A stretch of DNA of 63,872 bases, the filler included, from Folioceros fuciformis (taxonomy: Eukaryota), in assembly GCA_049999805.1 (NCBI GenBank). It is 32 parts of 32 records of this genome, joined end to end, with 100 filler letters (N's around TTAATTAATTAA, not from the genome) between each part and the next. Parts side by side here need not be neighbours in the genome. Positions count along the whole stretch, not along the records: positions 1 to 11,957 come from JBNGIO010003817.1; 31 more parts are not named here. One strand, given 5' to 3'. This document shows positions 1 through 11,957 of the stretch, in pieces. A program made the translations under genes and the position numbers. How positions within the stretch are numbered: the first letter of the stretch is position 1; each line of letters starts with the position of its first letter. The notes beneath the pieces were generated by a model. That model was not told where the DNA came from, did no database searches, and saw nothing but the letters and a program-made list of their open reading frames with translations.

Positions 1-101
1 ACTCCCGACTCCCGACTCCCGACTCCCGACTCCCGACTCCCGACTCCCGACTCCCGACTCCCGACTCCCGACTCCCGACTCCCGACTCCCGACTCCCGAC
101 T
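1..101. repeat. Perfect heptamer tandem array (GACTCCC)n, ~14 copies, truncated by window start
   Basis: Read directly; the reverse complement is (GGGAGTC)n. Confidence 0.97.
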
Positions 102-660
102 GTTGACGTCGTATAAGCCGTCCAGGCCGTACATGCAGCAGATGCTCCTCTCGCCCATCTTGCATTTCCGTTTTCCCAAATTACGAAAATGGTGCCTATA
201 AACACGAAAATACATCCACGGTACATGCGGGATGCCAAGTGCTAGTAGGACCACACCCTAGAGACGTCCATGGGTACATGGTACAGACATATGCAGAGAT
301 GGTATGTGAGGGACGTCGAGTATTCCCAAAAATATCCAGCGGGAAGGTGTCCACGTAGGGGGGTCTATCCAGGGCGCGGCCAATGAGGAGGCCGTGGCTA
401 CGCGCGCGGGGGTTTGGGTTTGGGTCCGGATCCGTGCCCACTGGAGGAACGCCAAATTGGCCAGCAGCGCAGAATCAGCACGCCAGCACTAGTACTAGGG
501 ACAGGAGCAGTAGCCAACGGCGGCAGGCCGTAGCCAGCAGCCAGCTCGCCTACACCGAGGACCCTGTCTTGTTGCTTGTGTGCTGCCCCTGAGCGCGGGA
601 TTAGCCCATGTGGGTGGCCCTGGCAGGCTGACGAGCGAACATTTTGTCAGCTCGCCAGCC

Positions 661-1548
661 ATGGCTACCGCCACGGTGACACTGCTGCCTTGTGGGGGGC
701 GGGGATTGCACAGTGGCGTACCTGTGGTGCGCACGTCGTGGGCTGGAGATGGCGGAATTGCGGGATTGCACATCCCCGGAAGCGGAGGAGGTGGAAGCGT
801 GAGCCTGATCTCGAGGACGGGGTCAAGGATCCGGTGTCGGAGGGAGAAGCTTGTAGCAGAGCCGGGATCCGAGGAGGAGGTAGAGGCGGAGGGCGGGGGG
901 GTGGAGAACGGAGCGGAGGAAGAGGCTGAGGGAGGGGAAGGGGAGAATGCGGTGCTCAGGCTGCGCGTCCTTAGGCTGCGGGCGCTCAAGCGGGCGGCGC
1001 TCATCCGGGAGATTATGGTGAGGCGGCAGCTGCTGCTGGCGTCTTCCATGGTTGTCGGGGTGACGCTGTCCACGGCGCTGGCGCCCTGGGTACCGGATCT
1101 GCACGCGGTGGCGGCGTTTCTGGAGGATATCCCCGAGCTGGCGAACGAGCGGGAGCTCCGGGGGCAGCCCTTGGCGCTGCGGGTGCCGCTTCCGGGTAGG
1201 AGCTCGGCCGCGGCGTTGGAGGACGAAGAGCCGGAGGAGGTACTGGTGATCGCGGTGAAGGTGCTGCGGGGCCGGCCGCTGCAGTTCGACGTGTTCCTCA
1301 ACCTGCCGGATGCCTCGGACCGGACGCCCTCCAGCTGCGCCGAGTACGTGGGCTCCTTCTTCAACGAGCCGCAGTCCGCGGCTCCGGACGAGTACCGGGA
1401 GGCGGTGCTGCGGCTGGGGATCACGGATACCCTGAATCAGCTGGGGCTGGGGAGGGCACCCTCCGTCGTGGTGAGCATTGTGCCTCGCGGCCAGGGCACA
1501 CCGGCCTGCCCCGTCGTCGTCAAGGGAATTAGGGTGGAGTTTGAGTGA
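661..1548 (+). CDS. Intronless protein: transit peptide + twin-Arg (Tat-like) signal + polyphenol oxidase C-terminal (PPO1_KFDV-type) domain; no tyrosinase domain
   Basis: First ATG at 661 in ORF 580-1548. The C-terminal EEVLVI..QFDVFLN..AEYVGSFFN..LRLGITD..SVVVSIVPRG..KGIRVEF matches the plant PPO KFDV domain. RRQLLL + hydrophobic stretch + ALA begins at 1021. Confidence 0.85.
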   Translation: MATATVTLLPCGGRGLHSGVPVVRTSWAGDGGIAGLHIPGSGGGGSVSLISRTGSRIRCRREKLVAEPGSEEEVEAEGGGVENGAEEEAEGGEGENAVLRLRVLRLRALKRAALIREIMVRRQLLLASSMVVGVTLSTALAPWVPDLHAVAAFLEDIPELANERELRGQPLALRVPLPGRSSAAALEDEEPEEVLVIAVKVLRGRPLQFDVFLNLPDASDRTPSSCAEYVGSFFNEPQSAAPDEYREAVLRLGITDTLNQLGLGRAPSVVVSIVPRGQGTPACPVVVKGIRVEFE

Positions 1549-1681
1549 CCTTGGATTGGATTGCCCCTTCTCGGCTTCCGGAGTGGAGATAGTGTAGGAG
1601 CGATTCACAATGCAGGAGGACAAGGGACGGGGAAGCGCATTGCGGTCCGATTGCGTACCTACTACACGTATGTATGAATTT

Positions 1682-4600
1682 CTAGTACTTGCACCAGGGG
1701 GGCTTCTTGCCCGGACCCGGGCCCGGGAGCGGGGGCAATGGCATTGACATGGAATGGGCTCTTTCCTCCTCTCCGCTATAGCCTTCCTTGAGCCGGAAGA
1801 TCTCGGATCTCAGCAGGTCTGCGTACTGGGATCCCAGGCATGGCTCTGCGCCTGCAGCTTCACCGTGGTGGTGTCCAGTTCTTCCGCAGGAGTGGACGCG
1901 GCTGGAAGGAGTCGGGGGATTGCTTGCCGCCGGCAAGGGCTCCACTTTCACGTTACAGTCTCTGGAGATCTGTACAACGCAATCCACAGGTCTGGTGTTG
2001 CTGCTCTCTTGTTCAGCTGCAACGGCGCATGTGTCGGAGCGTCTTAAGGCGCTGCCGGCGCTGTTTCTGGCACTCGCAGGTCGTCTTCTTACAGTTTGCG
2101 GGGATATGAAGCTGGAGACAGTCGTCCTGTGTCGTTTCTCAGGTGCCTGCAACTGTTTTCCAGCTTCATTCAGGGCCCTGGCCAAGTCGTTGCATACTTC
2201 CCAGATGGCGTCCAGCGACTTTTTTGCACATGATCCTCTATCGCTGAGGTGTGGGGGTCTCTGTGTATACTTGTATCTTGCATTGCCAGGCTCGTCCTTT
2301 CGATTCTGGAATTTGCAAGTGGCTGCATTTAGATGGTAGCATAAAATTCAAAGCTCCATGCAGAGAACCATGTTTTCCTTCTGAGGAGGTGGTGATATTC
2401 TTACGTTGCGATGGAGGGTCTCGAATTCGTTTGTGACCAGTCCCTGTAGGTTCCGTAGCTCCTCCTGCAGGAAGCACAACACCATCGGTTAAACTTTTGT
2501 TCACGCGACTCATGGGGCTGTGTGGTTGACCGTGTGAACAAGCCAAAGGTATTCCCAGTTTGTGCGGCAATTGTGCGCATTACCTGCAGACCCTTCAAAG
2601 CCCTGGCGGTGACGGTAGTACCGAGATTCTCCTCGTTGTGATGGAGAGCTTGCCATGATGCCTGTCTGGTTGGGTCGTGGCTTCTACCGTTGTCGAAGGT
2701 TACTGTGCTTCCAGGTGGGTGCTGCTGGTAATCAGGGCCAACTCCACTCACAGTTGCCCGTAGCCTCCCACTCGAACCCCTCGCTTGTAAACTTCTTCCA
2801 TTCTTCGTGTGCTGAGCAGGATGGATTCGCTGAACTTTCCTACCGACGTGAACCTGAACTCCAGGGGCAGAGGCCCAGTGACTTGGGTTGAACCCTTCGA
2901 GTACAGACGGTGCCCACTCTGATGTCGCAGAAGCATATTCTGCAGTTAGAATTTCGTCAGCCAGTCTTTTCTTGCCGGATCGGAGGACACTTCTGTGCCA
3001 AATGGAAAAGAAACGCTCCAAACGCCTTCTCTCTCCCACCCTGCGGATCCACCATGGAAGAGCTGCCATCAGTCCGTCTAAGGACTGCTGAGAGCACATA
3101 GCCCGTCTCTCATGTTTCTTCATCCTTGTGTAGGCGCGCCAGGCTGTTAGGACCAAAGGCAAAAGCTTGTGACTCTCAAATGAGTTCCCACCAGGAGGTG
3201 AGCTCTCCAGCGTCCTCTCCTGTTCAAGCTTCGCAACCTCCCGTGTCAAGCGCTGCTTCAATAACTCCAAACTACAAACCTGTCTGAACAACCGTTCCGC
3301 CCTGGCTGTCGCCACAGCCCACCTCCATCGCCATGTTACCCACCTTTCTCGTTCTGGTGCTGCGTTGCCAGGATCCTTCCCTCTCAACCCTATCGCAGAT
3401 TCATGTGGCCTTGGATCTTCATCCCTTCTGGACCTCACAGGCTGTCCATCTTTGTCTCGGAACAAGACCATTTGCTTCTCATCTGCTGTCAGCAGTGTCC
3501 CAGCATGGTCACCATTCCTCTCCGCAGGCTGGAATATTTCAGAGGTATGTTCCTCCTTCGTCGACTCAAACAAGCACCTGTCTGGTGGCAATGGTGCACT
3601 GGAGACGAGGTCTTGCCTCTCTTCTGGAAGAGAAACGGAGGTTCCCATGCAACGTCTGTCAACAGATTGCAACTGTGAAGTTGAAAGACCCTTCCTCGCC
3701 ACATTTACGCCCCCAAGTTTTCCATCTTCAAGGTTGCTTTGGCTTTGCACACCATGAGCTTGTATCGACTTGTGAGGAAAAACACGAGACTTCGTTGCAG
3801 CCCTTCCTTGCCTATTGCCGAAGTCGATCTTCTCACCAAGAGGTAAGCCACTCTCTAGGCTCTTACTCAGTCTGCTCCCAGGACGAGCTGAGCCATGATC
3901 CACTGTGTTTTCCAGCTCTCGCATGTGCCCTGTCAGCAGTTTCAAATGCTGTATTATCTCGGCTGCTACATTTTCTGAGGCCCTGGCATGCGTCTCTGCG
4001 GCACAGTTTATCTTCTCCTGCAGCTCCTGGTGAACGAGCAATCCAACGTGATAAGGCCAGCTGAGATACTAAATCAAGATTCAACTTCAGGAACCTTGCA
4101 TCCCCTGTCATCAGGCATGTGACCTACCTCGGCATGCCTTGATGACATATCTGCCTGTTCAGTTGCTCTTGCGAGCTCGACTACCAGGTTTTCCTTATCA
4201 CGCAACAAGCCATCGCATCTTTCCATACAAGTGGCTAGCTCCATCTGCAAATGGCTACACATAAGAAAGTGCAGAACCGAATCTTTTTTTTCAGCCACTA
4301 GCTTTGATGAAGGGCACCTTGTTGGTGCTAGAGCTCAGATCGCTGTACCTCTGCTTTAAGCTTTGCACCTACAGTCTCTTTCAGCTTCTCAGCGTTCCTC
4401 TTAACCTCTGCTACGTGCTCTGACCTAAGCACCTCCATTTGCTTCTCTTGAGAATTTTGCCGTTCCGCCATGCGAATGAGAGCAACACGAAGCTTTTCAT
4501 TCTCCTGTGACTGCGATGCAACCTCCTCATCCCTGCGAGCAAGCTGGGCCAAAGCCAACCACGTGTTAAAGATGATATGATCATCATTCTCCTTCGTGAA

Positions 4601-5745
4601 GTGGACACAGGGAACACAGTCTCTCTACGAACCAAATGACCATTGAAGCCACTTGCGGGCAAGTCACGCCTACCTGATCTAGAAGCACACGGACTTCCCC
4701 AAGAGCACCCTCTTTCTCACTCTGTAGGGTTGCAATGTCCCCACGCAGTTTGCCATCAACTCGGCGAGTTTCCTCTTCCATCATCTTTAAACTTGAACTG
4801 AGCCTCTGAATTTCGGCATTTTGGTGACGAAGTTGCTGCTCAGTCTCGGATACCTTCTGCTGTGCCTTTGCCAGGCGTTTCTGTAATTCATCAACCTGCA
4901 ATGCATTGACACCGAGCAAACTTCTTTCAATAACTCGTAAAAACAGGGTACGCCATGACATCCGAGTACACTCCAACATACATCGATGTGCTTGTCTGCC
5001 AGACTGCATCTATAGGTGTTCGAAAGTTGGGCTCGCATTTGGGCCATATCCGACATTGCTCGAGAAAGATGCAAATCTCGGGTGGCAATTTCCCGTTCCA
5101 AATTTGCAAGACATTCGTCATCGTGTTTCACCTCCCTAGTCACTTTCCTCAACTCGTGATGAAACAGTTTCTGCACGAATACACAACATTAGCAAGATCC
5201 ATGCTTCCCCCATCGGTCTTTGAAGCAAGCAGCGACCTTCCTCAAAACCCTACCTTCAATTGATACTGCCTCCACCGCTGAAAAGCCAGCACCGCTGCCA
5301 CTATCCTCACAGAATCCGTTGTCTTGCTCTGCAAATCTTGCTGAATGGTATCGGAAGATCCCGACAGAGACCATCTGTAGACAGCCATCGAATCATCTTT
5401 ACCCGGGCAAGTCCAATGCCTGACTGCTCGCTGCGCGTCATCTTTAACAGATCTGTGCAGTTTCTTGCTCTTTTTGCTCTTCGTCCGCCTGGAAACCTGA
5501 TCGTTGGTAGAGGAGCATGATGAGTTGCCTCCTCTCCGAAACTTACTCTCGGCGAACGAAACGTCTTTCTCAGACACACCACGTTCTTTTCCCGGCACAG
5601 ACTCCTTCTCGCCATGGTCAGCCGTACTGCCGGACTCCTCAGCCCTGACGGCCTGGCTGCGGGCATCCGACTTTCCGGACTCACTCTGATCCCCAACGCT
5701 CCCGCTGTGGAGGGAGGATTCTAGACCAGAAGGTCCATCCTCCAT
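1682..5745 (-). CDS. Large multi-exon coiled-coil protein with Trp-containing helical motifs (Sfi1/POC5-like, tentative)
   Basis: Successive minus-strand ORF segments are bounded by GT-AG sites (donor after 5254, acceptor before 5170; VDELQKRL.., MELATCMER.., ELQEKINC.. long exon; last exon ends at TAG 1682). The sequence has E/K/R/Q/L heptads. The start position is uncertain. Confidence 0.7.
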
Positions 5746-6730
5746 GTGTTCCACGCCCTTCTCAACTCAACCTAATTCGCCCGACCTGGCACACAAGCCA
5801 TCCCGTGCAGATGGGGAGCCCCCCGTCGAGGTGCTCCTTGAGTCTTCCCTCGGCATCTTGCGAGCATCCACATTCCTCAACCCATCCCGTGCCAAGCACG
5901 GCGACATGCTTGCGGACCCTGTCCTGCAACATGTGCCGACAGTGCTTCCTGCGACAGCTTAATTCATCCCGTGAGCTCACTCACTGCAGCTTCACATCCC
6001 TCACAGAGTGCACGACGGCAGTTGAGACGCCCATGTGGCTCAGGAGAGGGTATGCTGGAGATCGTAGGGGGCAGTTACAGGAAGGGAAGCAAAGACATCC
6101 AGACCGTAGGAGCCATGTGGCTGAGCGACCGAAATCCGAGGAGAACCCCGACACTCGAAGCAGTAGCAGGAGGAGTGATGCCTGCTCCGACCTGAAGAGG
6201 TCGAGAGTGCAGACCTATGTATGTACTACCCACTAATTCCGAGAGAGAAGGGGAAGGAGACAGTTGAGATGACAGTCCCACTTCCTGTTGTCGGGACGGA
6301 TCTTTCGCCAATAAGGATAACGGTCATGTACTCTTTAGGTGGCGGGAAACCGCGGATCCGAAACGTTATGTTAGATGAACCGTCTTTGGTAAAGAACAAT
6401 TTGCTTTGACTTCACAAACTTGGATTATGGCCATCTATGGTGGACCAACACCTGTGGGCAACTGAGTGTGTTGTCTAGAAAAAGAGCAAATACTTAAACT
6501 CGTGGAAACAAGACCTGGACATATCGAGAGCAGTTTACAGAGTTTGTCGTTTGAGAAAACGAACACCTTCAGGACGTGTGTCGTGGGACTAGCTCTGACC
6601 CTTTGCACCTTTAAGAGTACATCTCATCAAAGCAGCCCTCTCAGCTGTTGCACTGACGAATACTTGTAGAGCACGCCTGCCAGCATCCTCCAGATTGCTG
6701 CGAGGTTGAGCATATAGCACAGTGAGACAC

Positions 6731-8388
6731 TCAGCGGCTTCGTCTTCTCTTCTTAAGGCGTTCGAACACGTCGTAGATGTCGTCACTCGTGATTGCCCTT
6801 CCTGATTCAGCTATGGGTGTCTGCATAGGATCCAAACATATCAGAATCTCACGCTATTAACTACCTTCTGGGAAAGGGTGAAAGGTCGAAAAGTGCTACA
6901 ATTACTGACCAGAAATGACGTCAGTCCTGATGCCATCTCCCTGATGGCATTGATAAACTCAATTTGCTCCACATGGCCCAGGTTTTGAATGAAGTTTCGC
7001 TCAGCTCCCTCTTGCCTCTGTATGTTCTCTTCCCGTTTGATTCTTGCCATCTCCTCGTAATCGGCTATAGAATCGCCCTCCCGAAGAAGGAAATCCAGAC
7101 CTTTGGAATTGTACAAAGCAAAGCATTCAGCACACTGGCAGAGATGTGATCTCCAGCCCTTGCACAGAAAGATGGCCTTGTCTGTGCCCAACGATGGCTT
7201 CTCCTGAGCAGAAACGTTTTGTTTTAACCTACACCTCACTGCAGGCGCTGCAGCATCAGGCGATGTTGCCGCGGCAGGATGCTCTGTCGGGGTTAGCTCA
7301 TGACCCGGCGCTCCACTACCTGCCACACCGCTCCCGGCATCTGAGCCACTGTCTGCACTGACGAGTGGAGCTTCTGAACCATCCGCCACTGGCTCCTCAG
7401 GGACGGCATCAGAGGCCGGCTNNNNNNNNNNNNNNNNNNNNNNNNNNNNNNNNNNNNNNNNNNNNNNNNNNNNNNNNNNNNNNNNNNNNNNNNNNNNNNN
7501 NNNNNNNNNNNNNNNNNNNNNATACACAAGCAACTCAGGATAATTCACCAGGAAATCACATCGTAAGCGGATGCAACCCTGACAGATCACGGCCTCGAAA
7601 TCATCATCTTCCTCTTTCAGCCCCTACAAAGTAACAAGAACAAATGGCGGTCAGACAACACAGCAGAATTACGCACCAGAGAAGCGAGACTGGACAGGAA
7701 AATCACCTCTCCCGTTTCCTCCTCAGGCACTAAACCCAAGTGGGCCTCGTGAAACCAATCCTCACAGATGCAGCACTGAAGCATCTCGCCAACACTCGAC
7801 TCAGCATCGGGATCCGGATACGGCCGACGGCACGAGCAGTACGTCCCAGAAAAATTCTGATTATAGCTGTTTTCCTCATTCTCCCTCTCCTTGTGCTTGT
7901 CAAGCTTACACTCTACCCCACCAAACTTCGAGTTTCCGCAGTCGCAGCGGAAATGCCTCTTGGTCCATAGCTCCACTACCTAACCACGCACACTAAACAT
8001 TCAAATCCATGACAAAAAATCTCCAGCATCAGCCCCACCGCTGCTTCTCAACACACGCAAAACAAACCTGCCGAGTGGCACACCTGGTGTCCTTCATGGC
8101 AAGTTATGGAGCAGGCTGTGCAGCACCCAGCATTTCCTGCTGGCGTGCAGGTTAGGCACGAAAACACGGCCTGCCGCACCATATACCCTTTGCTATATGT
8201 GCAGTCCTTGCCATCGTCGGCACCAAGAACCATGTCTGCGTTCTGCACCATCCAAGGACGGCCATCAGCACAGCCCAAGACTCCTCCCACCAACAACCCG
8301 AGAACAAAATCAGCGTAGACCAACTCACAAGTTCCGCATCTATAAGCTCCTGAACTGTGAAACCGACATCGCCCTCCTCGTCGTCCAT
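6731..8388 (-). CDS. UBR7: UBR7-type E3 ubiquitin ligase (UBR-box zinc finger + PHD-like finger), ~5 exons, internal N gap
   Basis: CTYSKGYMVRQAVFSCLTC..CTACSITCHEGH / VELWTKRHFRCDCGNSKF / YNQNFSGTYCSCRRPYPDP / MLQCCICEDWFH / WRSHLCQCAEC. The last exon reads ..ITSDDIYDVFERLKRRRSR* and ends at 6731. The start may lie slightly upstream. Confidence 0.93.
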
Positions 8389-9426
8389 ATCGCCTACCGC
8401 CGGCAAGCTCTGCGAAACCGTGGTTGTCACCTCCTCCTATTTCCTACTCTAACGCCCAAACCCACCCACCGCTGGTAGATGGCAGCCCATACCTCTTCAG
8501 CCTCTGCCTGATGAGTCCGGGGGCCCGGGCACCCCTTCCGTTCAACCCGCAGCCCAGGATCCCCTTACCGCACCCTACAGGCACAGTCAGACTCTACGGG
8601 TCGAGGGTCCTCGACTTCTAGCAACGGACATGTTCAGATGGCGCGGTCCACAGCACAACCCACCAGACATGCGGCAGCTGAGGCTCGATGTGGCGGTGCC
8701 CACTCAACCAGAGTCGGCAGCACGGAACGGACAAGTAGTGTAAACAAAGACAGGTGGAGGGAAGGAGGGAGGGAAGGGGGGAAGGAGCCCGGCCCGGGAG
8801 GAGGGAAAAAATGGCGGGAAGCGATCGACGTCACGGCCCGTAGTATGTGTACACAAGCGTGGGTCTTGGGATGTGTGTGTGGGTCACGGACAAAGGGCAA
8901 AGGCCGGCCTGGGGCCCGTAACGTTCCACCCCCCGCTTCCTTTGTGTAACTTTCATGCCATGCGAAACTTTCAACTTCCCATGCTTTACCGGGAAGCTGC
9001 CTCCGCGGGGGAGCTCTGGACCCCTCGGCAGTTTTGCGCGTGTTTGATTTTTGCTAGGTTCTAACACGCGGTTTGTTGAATGAATTGAAGTCTCTCTCTG
9101 TCTCATTTTTTCGGGCTACGTGATCGCGTTTGGTGGGCTGGTTGCGGTGTGACGGGATTGTCCGCGTTGGGTGGTGAGTTTGCGCTGTGGCGAGATTGTG
9201 GGCTTCGGGTGGTTCGTTTGCGCCGTGACGAGATTTTGGGCGTTGAGGTGCATGACGCGGTGGGAATTCTTTCATGTGTTGGGTTCCTTAGAGGTGGCGT
9301 GGCTTGAATTTGGGCACACTCGTCAGCTGATAGGAGATTCCCGGTGCAAGGACGGGAGGACGTGACACAGCTCCAGTGCTCCCCGTGTGTGGATGGAGGG
9401 CTTTGGTGAAGTTCAGGAGGAAGATT

Positions 9427-11957
9427 ATGGAACGTCGGTGGAAGCAAGCCATTGCTTTGTGTCTGATGCTGACGTGTTTAGCCCTTGTGCTAGGGGGTAT
9501 CAGAAGCGAGGACGGCGGGTTTGTGCAGCGTGCTCTTTCAGGGGCATTTAGGACAGGATTTAGGAGGGGTTGCAAGTTCGTGGATTTGGATTCAAGGGAG
9601 TATTGGTCAGGGTTGTCACACATTTCTCTGGGCAGCAGGGTGCAGGTAGAGGCGGAGTTTGTGTATGCTGAGCACGTAGGGGGCAGTGATGGCAAGCAAG
9701 TGGACCCAGTTTTGGGAAGGAACAGTTCTGGTGGGCTGGACCAACGGAGCGTGATTCGTCCATCAGCATGGCTGCGTGGTTCTAGGTGGTCTGCATCGAG
9801 GAATTTGTTCTCTGAAGATTCTAGTTTATACCCTCCATCCCCATGGTCGAGACCTACGCCTTCTTCAGTGGATTATGGACTGGAGGCATCCATTTTATCC
9901 TCAGGTGACCAGCTTTTTGCAGGAGGATCTGACCCCAGGGTTCTCCTGGACATTCCTATCCCTCGTCTGCCAAATCCGTTTGATAGCTCACACTCTGCCC
10001 CGTCGCCAGGAACGCCGTCTTCCCAACTTGTTGTTTCGCCAGCAAGTTCTCCTTCCCCACCTGCAGTTGCGCCAGCAGCTTCTCTTTCCCCACCTGCTGT
10101 TTCGCCACCAAATTCTCCCTCCCCGCCTGCTGTTGCGCCACTAACCTCTCTTTCCTCACCTGCTGTTTCGCCAGCAACCTCGCCTTCCCCACCTGCTGTT
10201 TCGCCACCAACTTCTCCTTCCCCACCTGCTGTTGCGGAACCCCCTGTAGGTGGGGGTGTGAGTAATTCTCCGAGTGCTGCTCCCGGGGTCGTGGTACTAC
10301 AGGGCAGATCAACTGGTACAAGCAGTGTGACAGCAGTGGCAGTTTCAGTTCCTATTACTGTGATTGTCACCCTTGCGGCTGTGTTTTTCTTCCTCCGTTG
10401 TTATGGGAAAGCTCCCCTAGTTCAGTCTCAAGGAGCAGCAGGAGAAAAGGATGACAATCCTCTTCTTCATGCAGGTTCTTATTTTTTCAGATCTAGTCCT
10501 CTTTCAAGCCAGCACAGGTACAATGGAAGTCCCAATTCTCCCAATGCTGCTACTGCAGGGACAGCCCCGATTTCTGCAGCGACAGAGAAGATGGGGAATG
10601 ACAGCAGGAAAGGAGGAAGGAAGAATACAGCAGCTGCTGGGAATGTTCCGAATGGGGAACATTTGGGATTTGATGGAGTCAGTGGTGAAGGTCCAGAATC
10701 TCTACACAGGACAACACCTGCTTACATGAAGACCTACTCCTTGCCCGCTGCATCAATGCTCGATGTCCCAGCTAGACCTCTGCCACTTCCTCCGGAGTCC
10801 GTAGCCTCTCCTCGCCAGAAGCAGCCTAGTGTTTTTGGTAATGGATCGGTGCCTCTGCCATCTACTTTGGATGTGTCACCTCTATCAGAGTTGAAGATGG
10901 CCTCATCAGCATCCATTCCTGTCCACAACTTCGACCGCAAAGGTTCCCCTCCCGGCAGGCCTGTCTCACTGAACGGTCCCCTGTCTGGCCAGTCAGGAGC
11001 ACAACCTCTGCCTCTTACAGTCCCATCTTTCACGCCGCCGCTGGCTCCACCACCCTCTCTTCCACGCCCTCCCTCTGTGGTTTTTTCTGCAACAGCCACA
11101 GGTGCGCCACCACCTCTTCCTGGTGCTTTGCGTCCCAATGCTATCTGGCCGCCACCTGCTCCGTCTCAAGCCCTACCTGCCCCTCTGCTACCCTTGCGTG
11201 ATGGGCAACCTGCTTGGCCACCTCCTGTTCCTCCTCCAGTCCAATCCAGACCTGACCCTCCTCCTTTGCAAGCTGTCTGGCCACCTCCTGTTCCTGTAGC
11301 GGCACCTGAACCCCCACCTGCACCACTTTCTGTGCAGGCTACTTGGCCACCTCCTGCCCCTGCAGGACAAGCTCAACCCCCACCTGAACCACTTCCTTTG
11401 GAGGCTGCTTGGCCACCTGCAGCTCCTGCAGGAACAGCCCAGCTCCCTCCTCCACCCATTGCTTTGCAGGCTTTTTGGCCACCTGCTTCTCATTCATCAA
11501 CCTCACCACCACCCACTGACTTGCCCTCACATGCCGCAGGGCAGGCTGTGATGTCACAACCACCAGCTCATCCTGGTACTGCTACTGAGACTGAACTGTT
11601 TCCTCCTCCTTTGAATGCTACTGTCTCACCAGCAGCAGCAGCACCTCATCCTCCTCCTTTGCGTTCCAGTTCTTTTGCAAATGCACCCCTGCCACCACCT
11701 CCTCCTTTGCATGGAAATTCTCCAGCCCCACCACCACCACCACCTCCTCCTACCCCTCCTCTACATTTCAGTGCTGGGCCTCCACCGCCCCCTCCTCCTC
11801 TGCGTTCCAATGGTGCTGCGCCTGCTTCCTCACCATCACCTCCTCCTCCTCTACAGTCCAATGGTGTCGGGGTGCCTGCTCCACCTCTATCTCCTCCGGG
11901 GGGACGAGGTGCTCCACCCCCTCCTCCACCGCCTCCACCACCGCTTCCTTCCGGAGG
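9427..11957 (+). CDS. Class I (transmembrane) formin-like protein, 5' part; truncated by scaffold end before FH2
   Basis: Signal peptide (MERRWKQAIALCLMLTCLALVLG), Pro/Ser-rich ectodomain, TM (AVAVSVPITVIVTLAAVFFFL), post-TM DDNPLL motif as in class I formins, and poly-Pro FH1-like tracts. FH2 is not visible. Confidence 0.75.
10030..10240 (+). repeat. ~33-bp coding tandem repeats (SPPAV[AS]Pxxx, ~6 units), extensin/AGP-like ectodomain
   Basis: Recurrent CCTGCTGTTTCGCCA/CCTGCTGTTGCG units in the formin ORF. Confidence 0.85.

Noticed and set aside
495-1623. Long antisense ORFs (309 aa, 266 aa) over the PPO-domain gene
   Set aside because: Shadow frames of high-GC coding DNA; no recognisable motifs.
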